From Candidatus Kaiserbacteria bacterium (GTDB lineage Bacteria; Patescibacteriota; Minisyncoccia; Phycocordibacterales; UBA2100): a stretch of DNA of 64,000 bases. The notes under the pieces were generated by a model. It had not been told where the DNA came from. It saw only the letters and a program-made list of their open reading frames with translations, and did not search any database. A program made the translations under genes and the position numbers. Location: positions 10,044-74,043 of the forward strand of contig JAHFMV010000004.1 of the NCBI GenBank assembly GCA_023267655.1, written 5' to 3'. This document shows, piece after piece, positions 12,220 to 20,513 of this stretch. The first letter of the stretch is position 1. The number at the start of each line of letters is the position of its first letter.

Positions 12220-15200
12220 TTAGCGACGCGAGAACCACGTTCCGGGCCACCGATACGTGAGGATGGGGATCATAACGAGCGTGAGAATCATTGAAAACGC
12301 AAGACCAAACATGATCGTGTAGGCAAGTGGACCCCAGAGCGCGGTTGCGCCCGCAAGCGGGAGCATGCCAATTACGGTGGTGATTGTCGTAAGGAAGATG
12401 GGGCGCAGGCGTGAGATCGCGGCTTCGATGATGACTTCGCGCGGAGAAAGATCGAGGCGCGTGTGTGCTATGCGGTGAATGGAGTCGGTGAGGATGATCG
12501 CGTGGTTGATGATGACACCGGCAAGCGCAATGATGCCAACGACCGATGAAAATGAGAGCGTACGCCCCGAAATAAAGAGCCCGCCGAAGACGCCGATAAG
12601 CGAGAGGATGACCATGAGGATCAGGTAGAGTGCGTGGCGGATCGAGTTGAATTGCATGACCATGATCGCGATCATGAGGACAAGTCCCGCGATGAATGCG
12701 AAGCCCATTTCTGCAAATGATTTATTCACATCCTCGGTCTCGCCGCCGATTTTCATCGTAATGCCTTGTGGCATTTGCAGTTCCTCTTTTCGCTTCTCGA
12801 TTTGAGTGGTGACTTCCACTGCGGTCGTTTTCCCGACGACTTGGCTTGAGACGGTCTCGATGCGTTTGCGATCGTCGTGATTGATGCTGCTCTTGCCGCG
12901 ATCAAGCGTTGTATCGAGTACCGAGCCGAGGAGGATCGGACCTTTCGGCGTCTGGACCGTGATCGCACGCAAGGCATCCGCGCTGACATTTGTCGTTTCC
13001 GACGGATCGTCGTAGACCGGATTCAAATCCATTTTGACTACAACATCAGTGTCGACGTCAGGATTATGGATCGTTGTTGCGGTCGCGCCGTGCACCGCGG
13101 TGCGAAGCGTCTGCGCGATCATCGCCGGTGAGAGACCAAAGCTCGCGGCTTTTGCGCGGTCGATGGTGAGTGTAAATTCAAGACCGTTGTCTTTCACGCT
13201 CGATTGGATATCAGAGACGCCATTGATAGACGCGAGCAGTCGCTCGGCGTTGACCGTAACCTTTTCAAGATCATCAAGGTTGTCTCCGGAGAAGGTAATG
13301 AGGACAGGCGCGCCCGATGGCGGACCGTTGTTCGGCTCTGACACGCGGATCGTGGCGCCCGGGATTGTGCCGACTTTTTGTCGCACTGCATCCACAACTT
13401 CGGACGATGTATGTGCGCGGTCATGTTTGTCCGTGAGGAGAATCGTGATGTTCGCGAGATTTCCGCCGGCGGTCGGTTGGTCTCCTGAGAGCGCGCTGGT
13501 ACCGCCGACTGTTGTCGCAAACGAATCAATATCAGGATTACCATAGAGCGCCTCTTCGACTTGCCGTGTCACTAGATCAGTATCGAGAAGCGTCGTGCCT
13601 TGCGGCTTTTCAATTGAAATCACCACATAGCCGATGTCTTCTTGCGGGAAGAACGTCGTTTTCAAAAGGCCGGTAATCGGAAGCGCAAGTGCGAGGAAAA
13701 AGCCGCCGATGATTGACCAGAGGAAAATATTTTGTGCGCGACGGTTGTCGAGCATGTATCCCAATGTTCCGCGATACCATTCTTGGAATTTGTGCGTGTA
13801 TTCCTCTTGCTTTTTCTCGAGGCGATTCGATTCTTTTTTAGTAAACGTGATCGCAATCAAAGGGACAAGGCCGAGCGCGACGAAAATCGACGCAAACAGG
13901 ACGAAAATAAGGGTGAAGGGAATCGATTTAATGAATTGTCCGACAATGCCGGAGATAAAGAACAACGGCGCAAAGACGGCGACCGTTGCCATCGTACCGG
14001 CGATAAGCGGCCACGCGTATTCCTTGAGCGCGGCTTCGGCTGCTTCTTCTTTCGTTGGAAAGAGACGCATACGGGTGTGGATCGCTTCGGTAACGACAAT
14101 GCCGCTATCCACCAAAATACCGATCGCGAGAATGAGCGCAAAAAGGGAAACGAAATTCAGCGTGTTGCCGCTCTCCAAAAGACCGATGAACGCAATGAGG
14201 AATGAGAGCGGAATAGAAACTGCGGCGACGAGTGACTCGCGCCACCCGATCGTGATAAACAGCGTGATCATGACGAGTGCCATGGTCTCGAGACCGACTT
14301 TCGTGAGATCGCTCAAGCTCGTCTTTACTTCCTTGCCCAAATCAAGCGAAAGGACGACGGAGCTGCCATTTAGTATTCCTTTTTTCAATTCTTCGAGGCG
14401 TGCTTTGACTGCGTCCGCTGTCGTCACGATATTTCCACCGGAACTCTTAAATACTGAAAGGGTGAGTGAGGATTCAGAAGGTTTTCCGCCCGATGATGCG
14501 CGGGAAATGCTGGTTGGGCGTTCAAGACCATCGACGACATCCGCGATATCGCGCACGTACACGATGGTGCCCGTCGGTGCGACGATCGCGACATCGCGGA
14601 CTTGGTCGGCCTCTGCAATGTCGCCCTCGAAATTCAGAGCGTATTCGATATTGTCGACCGTGATCGATCCGACCGGGAGTTTTGCATTCGATGCGGCGAT
14701 CGCGCCGACGATGTCAGTCAAACGCAGCCCGTATTGATTCAATTTTTCCTTTTGGACGACGACTTGGATTTCCTTTTTGCGCACACCGGAAACTTCGACA
14801 CGTGAGACGCCTTTTACATTCTGGAGATCATCCTGCAAGTCTTTGCCGAGTGAAGTCAGGATTGCCGGCGCATAATCGCCAGTCACTGAAATGATAAGAA
14901 TCGGCTGTTCTGCAAAATTGACTTCGCTTACGAAAGGACCATTCGCTTCAGCAGGCAAGTCTGATTTCGACGCCGCAACTGCGTCTTTCAATTTCTGGAT
15001 GGATTTATCGAGGTTTGCATTTGCATCAAATTGCACCGTCACCATTGAGAGCCCTTCGCGTGAGCTCGAAGTCAGCTTGTCGAGGTTTTCAAGGTTTGCG
15101 ACGCCGCTTTCAATCTTATCGGTAACGAGTTGCTCGACATCAGCAGCGGATGCGCCGGGGAAGACGGTCGTGACGATACCAATCGGGATTCGCACTGCCG

Positions 15201-15315
15201 GCGCGTTTTCTTTCGGAATGCTCAAAAGAGCATACGTCCCAGTAGCGATGAGCGCGACGATCAGCAACACCGTAAACTGGCGCTTGCGCAAAAAATAATT
15301 CCAAAGCCACAGCAT
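12220..15315 (-). CDS. RND efflux transporter permease (AcrB/HAE1 family)
   Basis: 1031 aa with 12 TM segments and two large periplasmic loops. AcrB-type conservation throughout. Confidence 0.9.
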   Translation of the reverse strand: MLWLWNYFLRKRQFTVLLIVALIATGTYALLSIPKENAPAVRIPIGIVTTVFPGASAADVEQLVTDKIESGVANLENLDKLTSSSREGLSMVTVQFDANANLDKSIQKLKDAVAASKSDLPAEANGPFVSEVNFAEQPILIISVTGDYAPAILTSLGKDLQDDLQNVKGVSRVEVSGVRKKEIQVVVQKEKLNQYGLRLTDIVGAIAASNAKLPVGSITVDNIEYALNFEGDIAEADQVRDVAIVAPTGTIVYVRDIADVVDGLERPTSISRASSGGKPSESSLTLSVFKSSGGNIVTTADAVKARLEELKKGILNGSSVVLSLDLGKEVKTSLSDLTKVGLETMALVMITLFITIGWRESLVAAVSIPLSFLIAFIGLLESGNTLNFVSLFALILAIGILVDSGIVVTEAIHTRMRLFPTKEEAAEAALKEYAWPLIAGTMATVAVFAPLFFISGIVGQFIKSIPFTLIFVLFASIFVALGLVPLIAITFTKKESNRLEKKQEEYTHKFQEWYRGTLGYMLDNRRAQNIFLWSIIGGFFLALALPITGLLKTTFFPQEDIGYVVISIEKPQGTTLLDTDLVTRQVEEALYGNPDIDSFATTVGGTSALSGDQPTAGGNLANITILLTDKHDRAHTSSEVVDAVRQKVGTIPGATIRVSEPNNGPPSGAPVLITFSGDNLDDLEKVTVNAERLLASINGVSDIQSSVKDNGLEFTLTIDRAKAASFGLSPAMIAQTLRTAVHGATATTIHNPDVDTDVVVKMDLNPVYDDPSETTNVSADALRAITVQTPKGPILLGSVLDTTLDRGKSSINHDDRKRIETVSSQVVGKTTAVEVTTQIEKRKEELQMPQGITMKIGGETEDVNKSFAEMGFAFIAGLVLMIAIMVMQFNSIRHALYLILMVILSLIGVFGGLFISGRTLSFSSVVGIIALAGVIINHAIILTDSIHRIAHTRLDLSPREVIIEAAISRLRPIFLTTITTVIGMLPLAGATALWGPLAYTIMFGLAFSMILTLVMIPILTYRWPGTWFSRR

Positions 15316-15320
15316 ATACG

Positions 15321-16847
15321 TTAGTCGGCGACCGTCACCTCGTCGCCTTCCTTCAGACCTCGGCTATCGGCTACGATTTCCGTGTCTGCGGTAAGGCCTT
15401 GCGTGACTTGTACAGAATCTCCCGAAAGTTTGCCGATGGTGATTTCCTTCGCGACAAGTTTGTTATCAAGAACTGTAAAGACGATTGTGCGTTTTGCTTC
15501 GATCTTCAGCGCGGCTATTGGGATGGAGAGCGGACCGCTCGTTGGTGCGGTTGCAACGCCTTTTCCGAGTTCGATGCGGACCGATTGACCGTTTGTCAAA
15601 ACTTTCGCAGCGTTTGCTGGGAGTCCGATGCGGACTTCGATGCGGCGAGTCACCGGGTCAAGCGCCGGTGCGATTTTGGTAACAGTGCCAGTTACGCCAC
15701 CCTCGAGCGTGATTTTTTGACCGACGGAAACACGCGATTTGTCTTCCTCGGTCACGTACGCAACGGCTTCCAGCGCACCATTGTTCGACACAACGGCAAC
15801 TTGCTGCGATGGGGTGAGGAAATCGCCGAGTTTGATCGTGAAATTATTGAGTGAGCCGGCGATTGGTGAGCGGATGATGGTTTTCTCGAGGTTCGCGACT
15901 GTCGCGTTGTAGGCGCCTTGTGCCTGCTTAAGAGACGCTGAAGATGCCGATGGGCCGCCACTTTCACCCGTATTATTTGCGGCGACTTGAAGACCACTTT
16001 GTGCGCTCGCGACAGAGGAGAGTGCGCTTGTTACCGCCGTACGCCCCGCAGTCGCATCAGCGAGGTACGTCGCAATATTGGAGGACGACACATCAGAGCT
16101 TGGAATGCCTTTGTTGAGAACGATGATCAGCGTATCGAGATAGCTTCGCAAATCGCGCAGCTCCGATTCGGTCTTTGCGAGTTCCGTCGCTAGGTCGCTC
16201 GAGCCCGTCAGCGAGTTCTGAATATTCGCGTGACGTTTGATAACCGCCGTCAACGCGCCGCGGTTCAATACTAATTGCATCTTGAGTTGGGATTCAGATG
16301 TCTGGACGTTAAAGACGGGTGTCTGCGATTCCGGATTTGAAAAGTTGACATCGATATCATCATGGACGGTGCTTCCGTAGGTTGCATACGTGCTCAAGAG
16401 CGTGTTCAGCGCTGATGTCTGTGCGCTATCAAGTGAGACCGTAGTGTTGGCATTTGCCGCTTTAGCAGCTTCGAGAACGCCCTCCGCCTGCAAGACTGCC
16501 GCGCGCTGGGAATCATTTTCGACTTCTGCGAGGATTTGTCCGGCGGATACAAAATCGCCGAGCGATGCGCGCACATGCGTGACACGTCCGCCGCTTTCTG
16601 CGGAAATTTTCGCTTCATTGACGGAGCGGATTTCTGCAACGATTGAGAGTGAGCCGTTGCCGCTCATCAGATCAGCCACACGCCCGACGATGACTTCGGG
16701 CTTTGCATCAGGCGTTGCTGTGGCGTCTTTTGCACCCACAAAATGGAAAATAAGCCCGCCGCCAATAAGGAGAACGACAAGTCCGGCGATTGAGTAGCGT
16801 TTGTGCGCGAGTATTAGCGCCTTAATTCGAGCCACGTATGTAGTCAT
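15321..16847 (-). CDS. RND efflux periplasmic adaptor (membrane fusion protein, HlyD/AcrA family)
   Basis: N-terminal TM anchor, long coiled-coil hairpin, then the beta-barrel/lipoyl-like C-terminal part. Sits immediately upstream of the RND gene. Confidence 0.85.
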   Translation of the reverse strand: MTTYVARIKALILAHKRYSIAGLVVLLIGGGLIFHFVGAKDATATPDAKPEVIVGRVADLMSGNGSLSIVAEIRSVNEAKISAESGGRVTHVRASLGDFVSAGQILAEVENDSQRAAVLQAEGVLEAAKAANANTTVSLDSAQTSALNTLLSTYATYGSTVHDDIDVNFSNPESQTPVFNVQTSESQLKMQLVLNRGALTAVIKRHANIQNSLTGSSDLATELAKTESELRDLRSYLDTLIIVLNKGIPSSDVSSSNIATYLADATAGRTAVTSALSSVASAQSGLQVAANNTGESGGPSASSASLKQAQGAYNATVANLEKTIIRSPIAGSLNNFTIKLGDFLTPSQQVAVVSNNGALEAVAYVTEEDKSRVSVGQKITLEGGVTGTVTKIAPALDPVTRRIEVRIGLPANAAKVLTNGQSVRIELGKGVATAPTSGPLSIPIAALKIEAKRTIVFTVLDNKLVAKEITIGKLSGDSVQVTQGLTADTEIVADSRGLKEGDEVTVAD

Positions 16848-16929
16848 AGATTGAAAGATACTAACATTTATAAACGGTCACGTCAAGTTTCCCGTAATGT
16901 ATCCATTGCTGTGATACACTTTTCAAAAC

Positions 16930-17520
16930 ATGGCTAAAAAAATATTTCTGCTGCTCGGACATCCCGACAAAAGCGGCATTTCAGGGTCGTTTGCGGACGC
17001 GTATGAGCAAGGAGCGAAGGAAGGCGGGCACGAAGTTGTGCGCATGAACATCGGAGAGATGACCTTCGATCCCATTTTACACAAGGGCTACCGTGCCATG
17101 CAAGAATTGGAGCCCGATCTAAAACGTTTTACCGAACTTGTAAAATGGTCGGATCATTTTGTCATTATCCATCCAGTATGGTGGGTCGGGATGCCGGCGA
17201 TCTTGAAAGGGCTCTTTGATCGTGCGTGGCTACCCGGATCCGAGTTTCGCTACATGAAATTCCCGAGCGGCAAGCGCAGTATGTTTTGGCATCGTCTCAT
17301 GCGCGGCAAGACCGCGCGTATCATCATCGCAAGCGGTACGCAGCCGTGGCTGGTGCGGCTGCTTCCGGGTAACGTCAATGCGCAATTAAAGTGGGGAATT
17401 CTCTGGTTCGCCGGATTTTCCGTCAGCACAACATGGTACGGCCCGTCAGAAAATGTGCCGGAGCCGCGGAAACAACGATGGTTGCATAAGATTCGAGAAC
17501 TTGGTAGGCGCGGGTTATAA
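16930..17520 (+). CDS. NAD(P)H-dependent oxidoreductase, flavodoxin-like fold (NAD(P)H:quinone/KefG-MdaB-like)
   Basis: LLGHPDKSGISGS...HPVWW...P..LKG..D resembles the Flavodoxin_2 / NAD(P)H dehydrogenase (quinone) family. Confidence 0.7.
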   Translation: MAKKIFLLLGHPDKSGISGSFADAYEQGAKEGGHEVVRMNIGEMTFDPILHKGYRAMQELEPDLKRFTELVKWSDHFVIIHPVWWVGMPAILKGLFDRAWLPGSEFRYMKFPSGKRSMFWHRLMRGKTARIIIASGTQPWLVRLLPGNVNAQLKWGILWFAGFSVSTTWYGPSENVPEPRKQRWLHKIRELGRRGL

Positions 17521-17561
17521 AAATTGCGCCGCAGGTGAACCTGCGGCGCCTCGTGTTCTGA

Positions 17562-17807
17562 TTATGGGGCAATGTCCGGACCGTCAACCGCAGTATGATC
17601 GCGGATTAACGTTCTTTCGTCGTTGTAGGCATAGTACACCGTATCCATCTCGCCCTTACGTTGCCTATTCTGTCCATCGGCGATTGCTACAGCCTCTCCC
17701 GGTGTATCGCAATCCTTCACTACGCCATCCTCGTGAGAGAACAGGTCGACATAGATCACTCGGAACTTCCCCTTGGGGATGTCGTTCAAAATTGCAGCTT
17801 TGGCCAT
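17562..17807 (-). CDS. hypothetical protein (81 aa)
   Basis: Strong Shine-Dalgarno GGAGGA 6 nt upstream of the ATG (reverse complement of 17808-17820). This is rare in the window. Confidence 0.55.
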   Translation of the reverse strand: MAKAAILNDIPKGKFRVIYVDLFSHEDGVVKDCDTPGEAVAIADGQNRQRKGEMDTVYYAYNDERTLIRDHTAVDGPDIAP

Positions 17808-17920
17808 TTTAATCCTCCATTACGGGAGCTCCACCGCTCGCCGACCGCATATTGCCATATTAGACTTTGCATGTCAAAATCACTGCGATGTCACTTTCAA
17901 TCGCAATCGTCGGTCTGCCA

Positions 17921-17957
17921 AACCCCAGTAGGAAAGCGAAGCTTCCTACGGGGCAGG
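17921..17957 (+). promoter_or_regulatory. Conserved 37-nt hairpin/palindrome motif (copy 2), 14 nt upstream of the ychF ATG
   Basis: AACCCCAGTAGGAAAGCGAAGCTTCCTACGGGGCAGG, followed by CGTCGTAAATTTAT-ATG, where TAAATT is -10-like. Confidence 0.8.
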
Positions 17958-17971
17958 CGTCGTAAATTTAT

Positions 17972-19072
17972 ATGTCACTTAGTATTGGAATTGTTGGGTT
18001 ACCGAATGTGGGCAAGTCCACGTTATTTAATGCTCTGACGCGCAAGGGCGTGCTCATCGCAAATTATCCTTTCGCAACCATTGATCCATCGGTGGGTGTG
18101 GTTGCGGTACCGGATTTTCGACTTGATCGCTTGTCGCAAATGTCGAAATCGGAAAAGACCGTGCCCGCAGCTGTGGAATTTGTTGATATTGCAGGCTTGG
18201 TGAAAGGCGCATCGGAGGGTGAAGGGCTTGGCAACCAATTTCTCACCAACATTCGTGAGACGGACGCCATTGCGGAAGTCGTACGGCTTTTTGAGGATGA
18301 CGATATTCATCACGTGCATGGCGACGTCGATCCTTTGCGAGATATTGAAGTCATTAATCTTGAATTAGTGCTCGCCGACGAAGAGACGGCCTCGAAGCGG
18401 CTCGAGCGATTGGAGCGTGATGCAAAAGGCGGTGACAAACAGCTCGTTGCAGAACGCGATGTGTTGCGCAAGATCGTTCCCGCGCTGAAATCGGGTAAAG
18501 CCGCACGCACTGTCGCATTGGACGAAAAGGAATTGGAAGTGGTGAAAGGCCTGCACCTTCTTACCTCAAAACCACTTCTCTATGTTTTGAACCGCAAAAG
18601 CGGCGCGGTGAATATTGATGCAGAAGGTGGCGAGCGCTGGAAATCACTTGAGCGATTTATCGATGCCGACAAAGCACAGTCAGTATTTGTTGATGCGGGC
18701 GTTGAAAATGATCTCAATGACATGCAAGGCGATGAGAAGAACGAATTCCGCCGCGAACTCGGTGTCTCATCCGACGGTATCGATGACCTCATCAAAGGCG
18801 GCTATCGATTGCTCGACCTTATTTCATTCTTTACGACGGGCGAAAAGGAAACGCGCGCATGGACGATCAAGCGCGGTGCAACAGCGCCGGAAGCAGGTGC
18901 GGCAATCCATGGAGATTTCAGAGACAAATTCATCCGTGCGCAGGTAATTCAATGGGACAAACTCCTCGAAGCCGGCTCCTGGGCATCGGCGCGCGAAAAA
19001 GGCTGGGTCCGCACGGAAGGGAAAGAGTATGTAGTTCAAGATGGCGATGTCATGGAGTTTTTCCACAGCTGA
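17972..19072 (+). CDS. ychF: ribosome-binding ATPase YchF
   Basis: N-terminal [19 protein letters not shown]-domain motif and a C-terminal TGS-like domain. 366 aa. Confidence 0.9.
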   Translation: MSLSIGIVGLPNVGKSTLFNALTRKGVLIANYPFATIDPSVGVVAVPDFRLDRLSQMSKSEKTVPAAVEFVDIAGLVKGASEGEGLGNQFLTNIRETDAIAEVVRLFEDDDIHHVHGDVDPLRDIEVINLELVLADEETASKRLERLERDAKGGDKQLVAERDVLRKIVPALKSGKAARTVALDEKELEVVKGLHLLTSKPLLYVLNRKSGAVNIDAEGGERWKSLERFIDADKAQSVFVDAGVENDLNDMQGDEKNEFRRELGVSSDGIDDLIKGGYRLLDLISFFTTGEKETRAWTIKRGATAPEAGAAIHGDFRDKFIRAQVIQWDKLLEAGSWASAREKGWVRTEGKEYVVQDGDVMEFFHS

Positions 19073-19210
19073 AGCGCTTAGAAGGTTTAACCTTTTCTGT
19101 GGCTCTGTTGAGCGACATACAAGATTCGATCTTGTATTTCGAGCTACATGCAGCCGTTGTGCAATAAGATGAGCTTGCGTACGTCTTTGTGAGGTGTAGC
19201 ATTCAAACAT

Positions 19211-20170
19211 ATGAACACCCCAAAAGTCACGCCTAAGGACTTCTTTATCTGGGCTGGTGCAATGATCGCTCTTTATTCGTCGGTTTTTGCATTTATCGCG
19301 CTCCTGTTTCAGTACATCGATTACGCATATCCTGATGTCTTGTCGTATTCGTATGTCGATCCATTCTCGGGCGGGATCCGTATCGCGATGGCGACACTGA
19401 TCGTGATGGTGCCGGTTGCGATCCTCCTTCTGCGCTTTATCCGCAAAGACATTGTCGCCGATGCGATGAAAGCAGAAATCTGGATTCGCCGCTGGATTCT
19501 TGTTCTTACGATTTTTATCGCGGGCTTTGCAGCGGTCGGTGATCTCATCACGCTCATCAATTATTTCCTCGGCGGTGATATTACGACGCGGTTTGTTTTG
19601 AAAGTCGCGGTATTACTTCTCGTTGCGCTTGCCGTCTTTCTGCACTTCCTTGCAGACTTGCGCGGCTATTGGAATCAATATCCACAATACGCGCGCATGG
19701 TGGGTTGGGGTGCTGGCGTTGCCGTCCTTCTCGCGATTGTCGCCGGCTTCTTTATCATGGGCTCACCGACGCAGATTCGGCTGTATCGTTTCGACACGCA
19801 AAAAGTAAGTGATCTGCAAAATATCCAGTACCAGATCGTGAACTTCTGGCAGCAAAAGGAAAAACTACCGGCAACACTTTCGGAAGTGGCAGATCCAATC
19901 AGCGGCAATACAATTCCAGTGGATCCACAGGGCGGCGCGTACCGCTACGAAGTAACTGGAGCCATGTCGTTCAAGCTATGTGCGACGTTCAATGCGGACA
20001 GCAAGGATGTAAACACAGGCCGCTCTGTTCCTATTGCAGCACCGTATCCTGTAAAGGGCACTGGCATCGAAGACACATGGCAGCATGGATCGGGAGAAAA
20101 ATGCTTTGAAAGAACTATTGACCCAGAAAGATACCCGCCATTCAATAAGAACGTCTCTCCCGCGAAGTAA
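19211..20170 (+). CDS. hypothetical membrane protein (about 5-6 TM) with C-terminal soluble domain
   Basis: Hydrophobicity pattern only. The stop and the next start are 2 nt apart, so the two genes are probably translationally coupled. Confidence 0.5.
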   Translation: MNTPKVTPKDFFIWAGAMIALYSSVFAFIALLFQYIDYAYPDVLSYSYVDPFSGGIRIAMATLIVMVPVAILLLRFIRKDIVADAMKAEIWIRRWILVLTIFIAGFAAVGDLITLINYFLGGDITTRFVLKVAVLLLVALAVFLHFLADLRGYWNQYPQYARMVGWGAGVAVLLAIVAGFFIMGSPTQIRLYRFDTQKVSDLQNIQYQIVNFWQQKEKLPATLSEVADPISGNTIPVDPQGGAYRYEVTGAMSFKLCATFNADSKDVNTGRSVPIAAPYPVKGTGIEDTWQHGSGEKCFERTIDPERYPPFNKNVSPAK

Positions 20171-20172
20171 CT

Positions 20173-20487
20173 ATGACTGAAAAGGGACCATGGGGCTCTC
20201 CTGACGGTGCACCGCGACGCGATGCACAAGAAAATATAATTCGGGGAATTCGGAGTGAATTACGTTCCTCCATGAAGACAATTGCCGATTACGAAGTTGA
20301 AGAAGACTTTACAAGTGCTCCCCGGGTGACTTTTAGAAAATCTGACGACGCGTCGTGGCCTGCTGTTGAGAAAAAAATTGAAGAGCTCGCGAAAGATGCG
20401 AGTGGGCTTGCAAAAAAACATAATTATGGCGATGTTCAGGTTCGCAAAGAGGCAGATGGAAAGTCCGTAATTGTTGAAATTGTGTAA
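20173..20487 (+). CDS. hypothetical protein (104 aa)
   Basis: ORF directly following and apparently coupled to the membrane protein gene. No recognisable motif. Confidence 0.4.
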   Translation: MTEKGPWGSPDGAPRRDAQENIIRGIRSELRSSMKTIADYEVEEDFTSAPRVTFRKSDDASWPAVEKKIEELAKDASGLAKKHNYGDVQVRKEADGKSVIVEIV

Positions 20488-20513
20488 GACAGGCTTCATG
20501 GTAGGCTATTCCA

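Noticed and set aside
13634-14737. 367-aa plus-strand ORF
   Set aside because: It lies entirely antisense within the RND permease gene (12220-15315). Its composition is Ser/Arg/Ala-rich, typical of a GC-rich antisense frame, with no recognisable domain.
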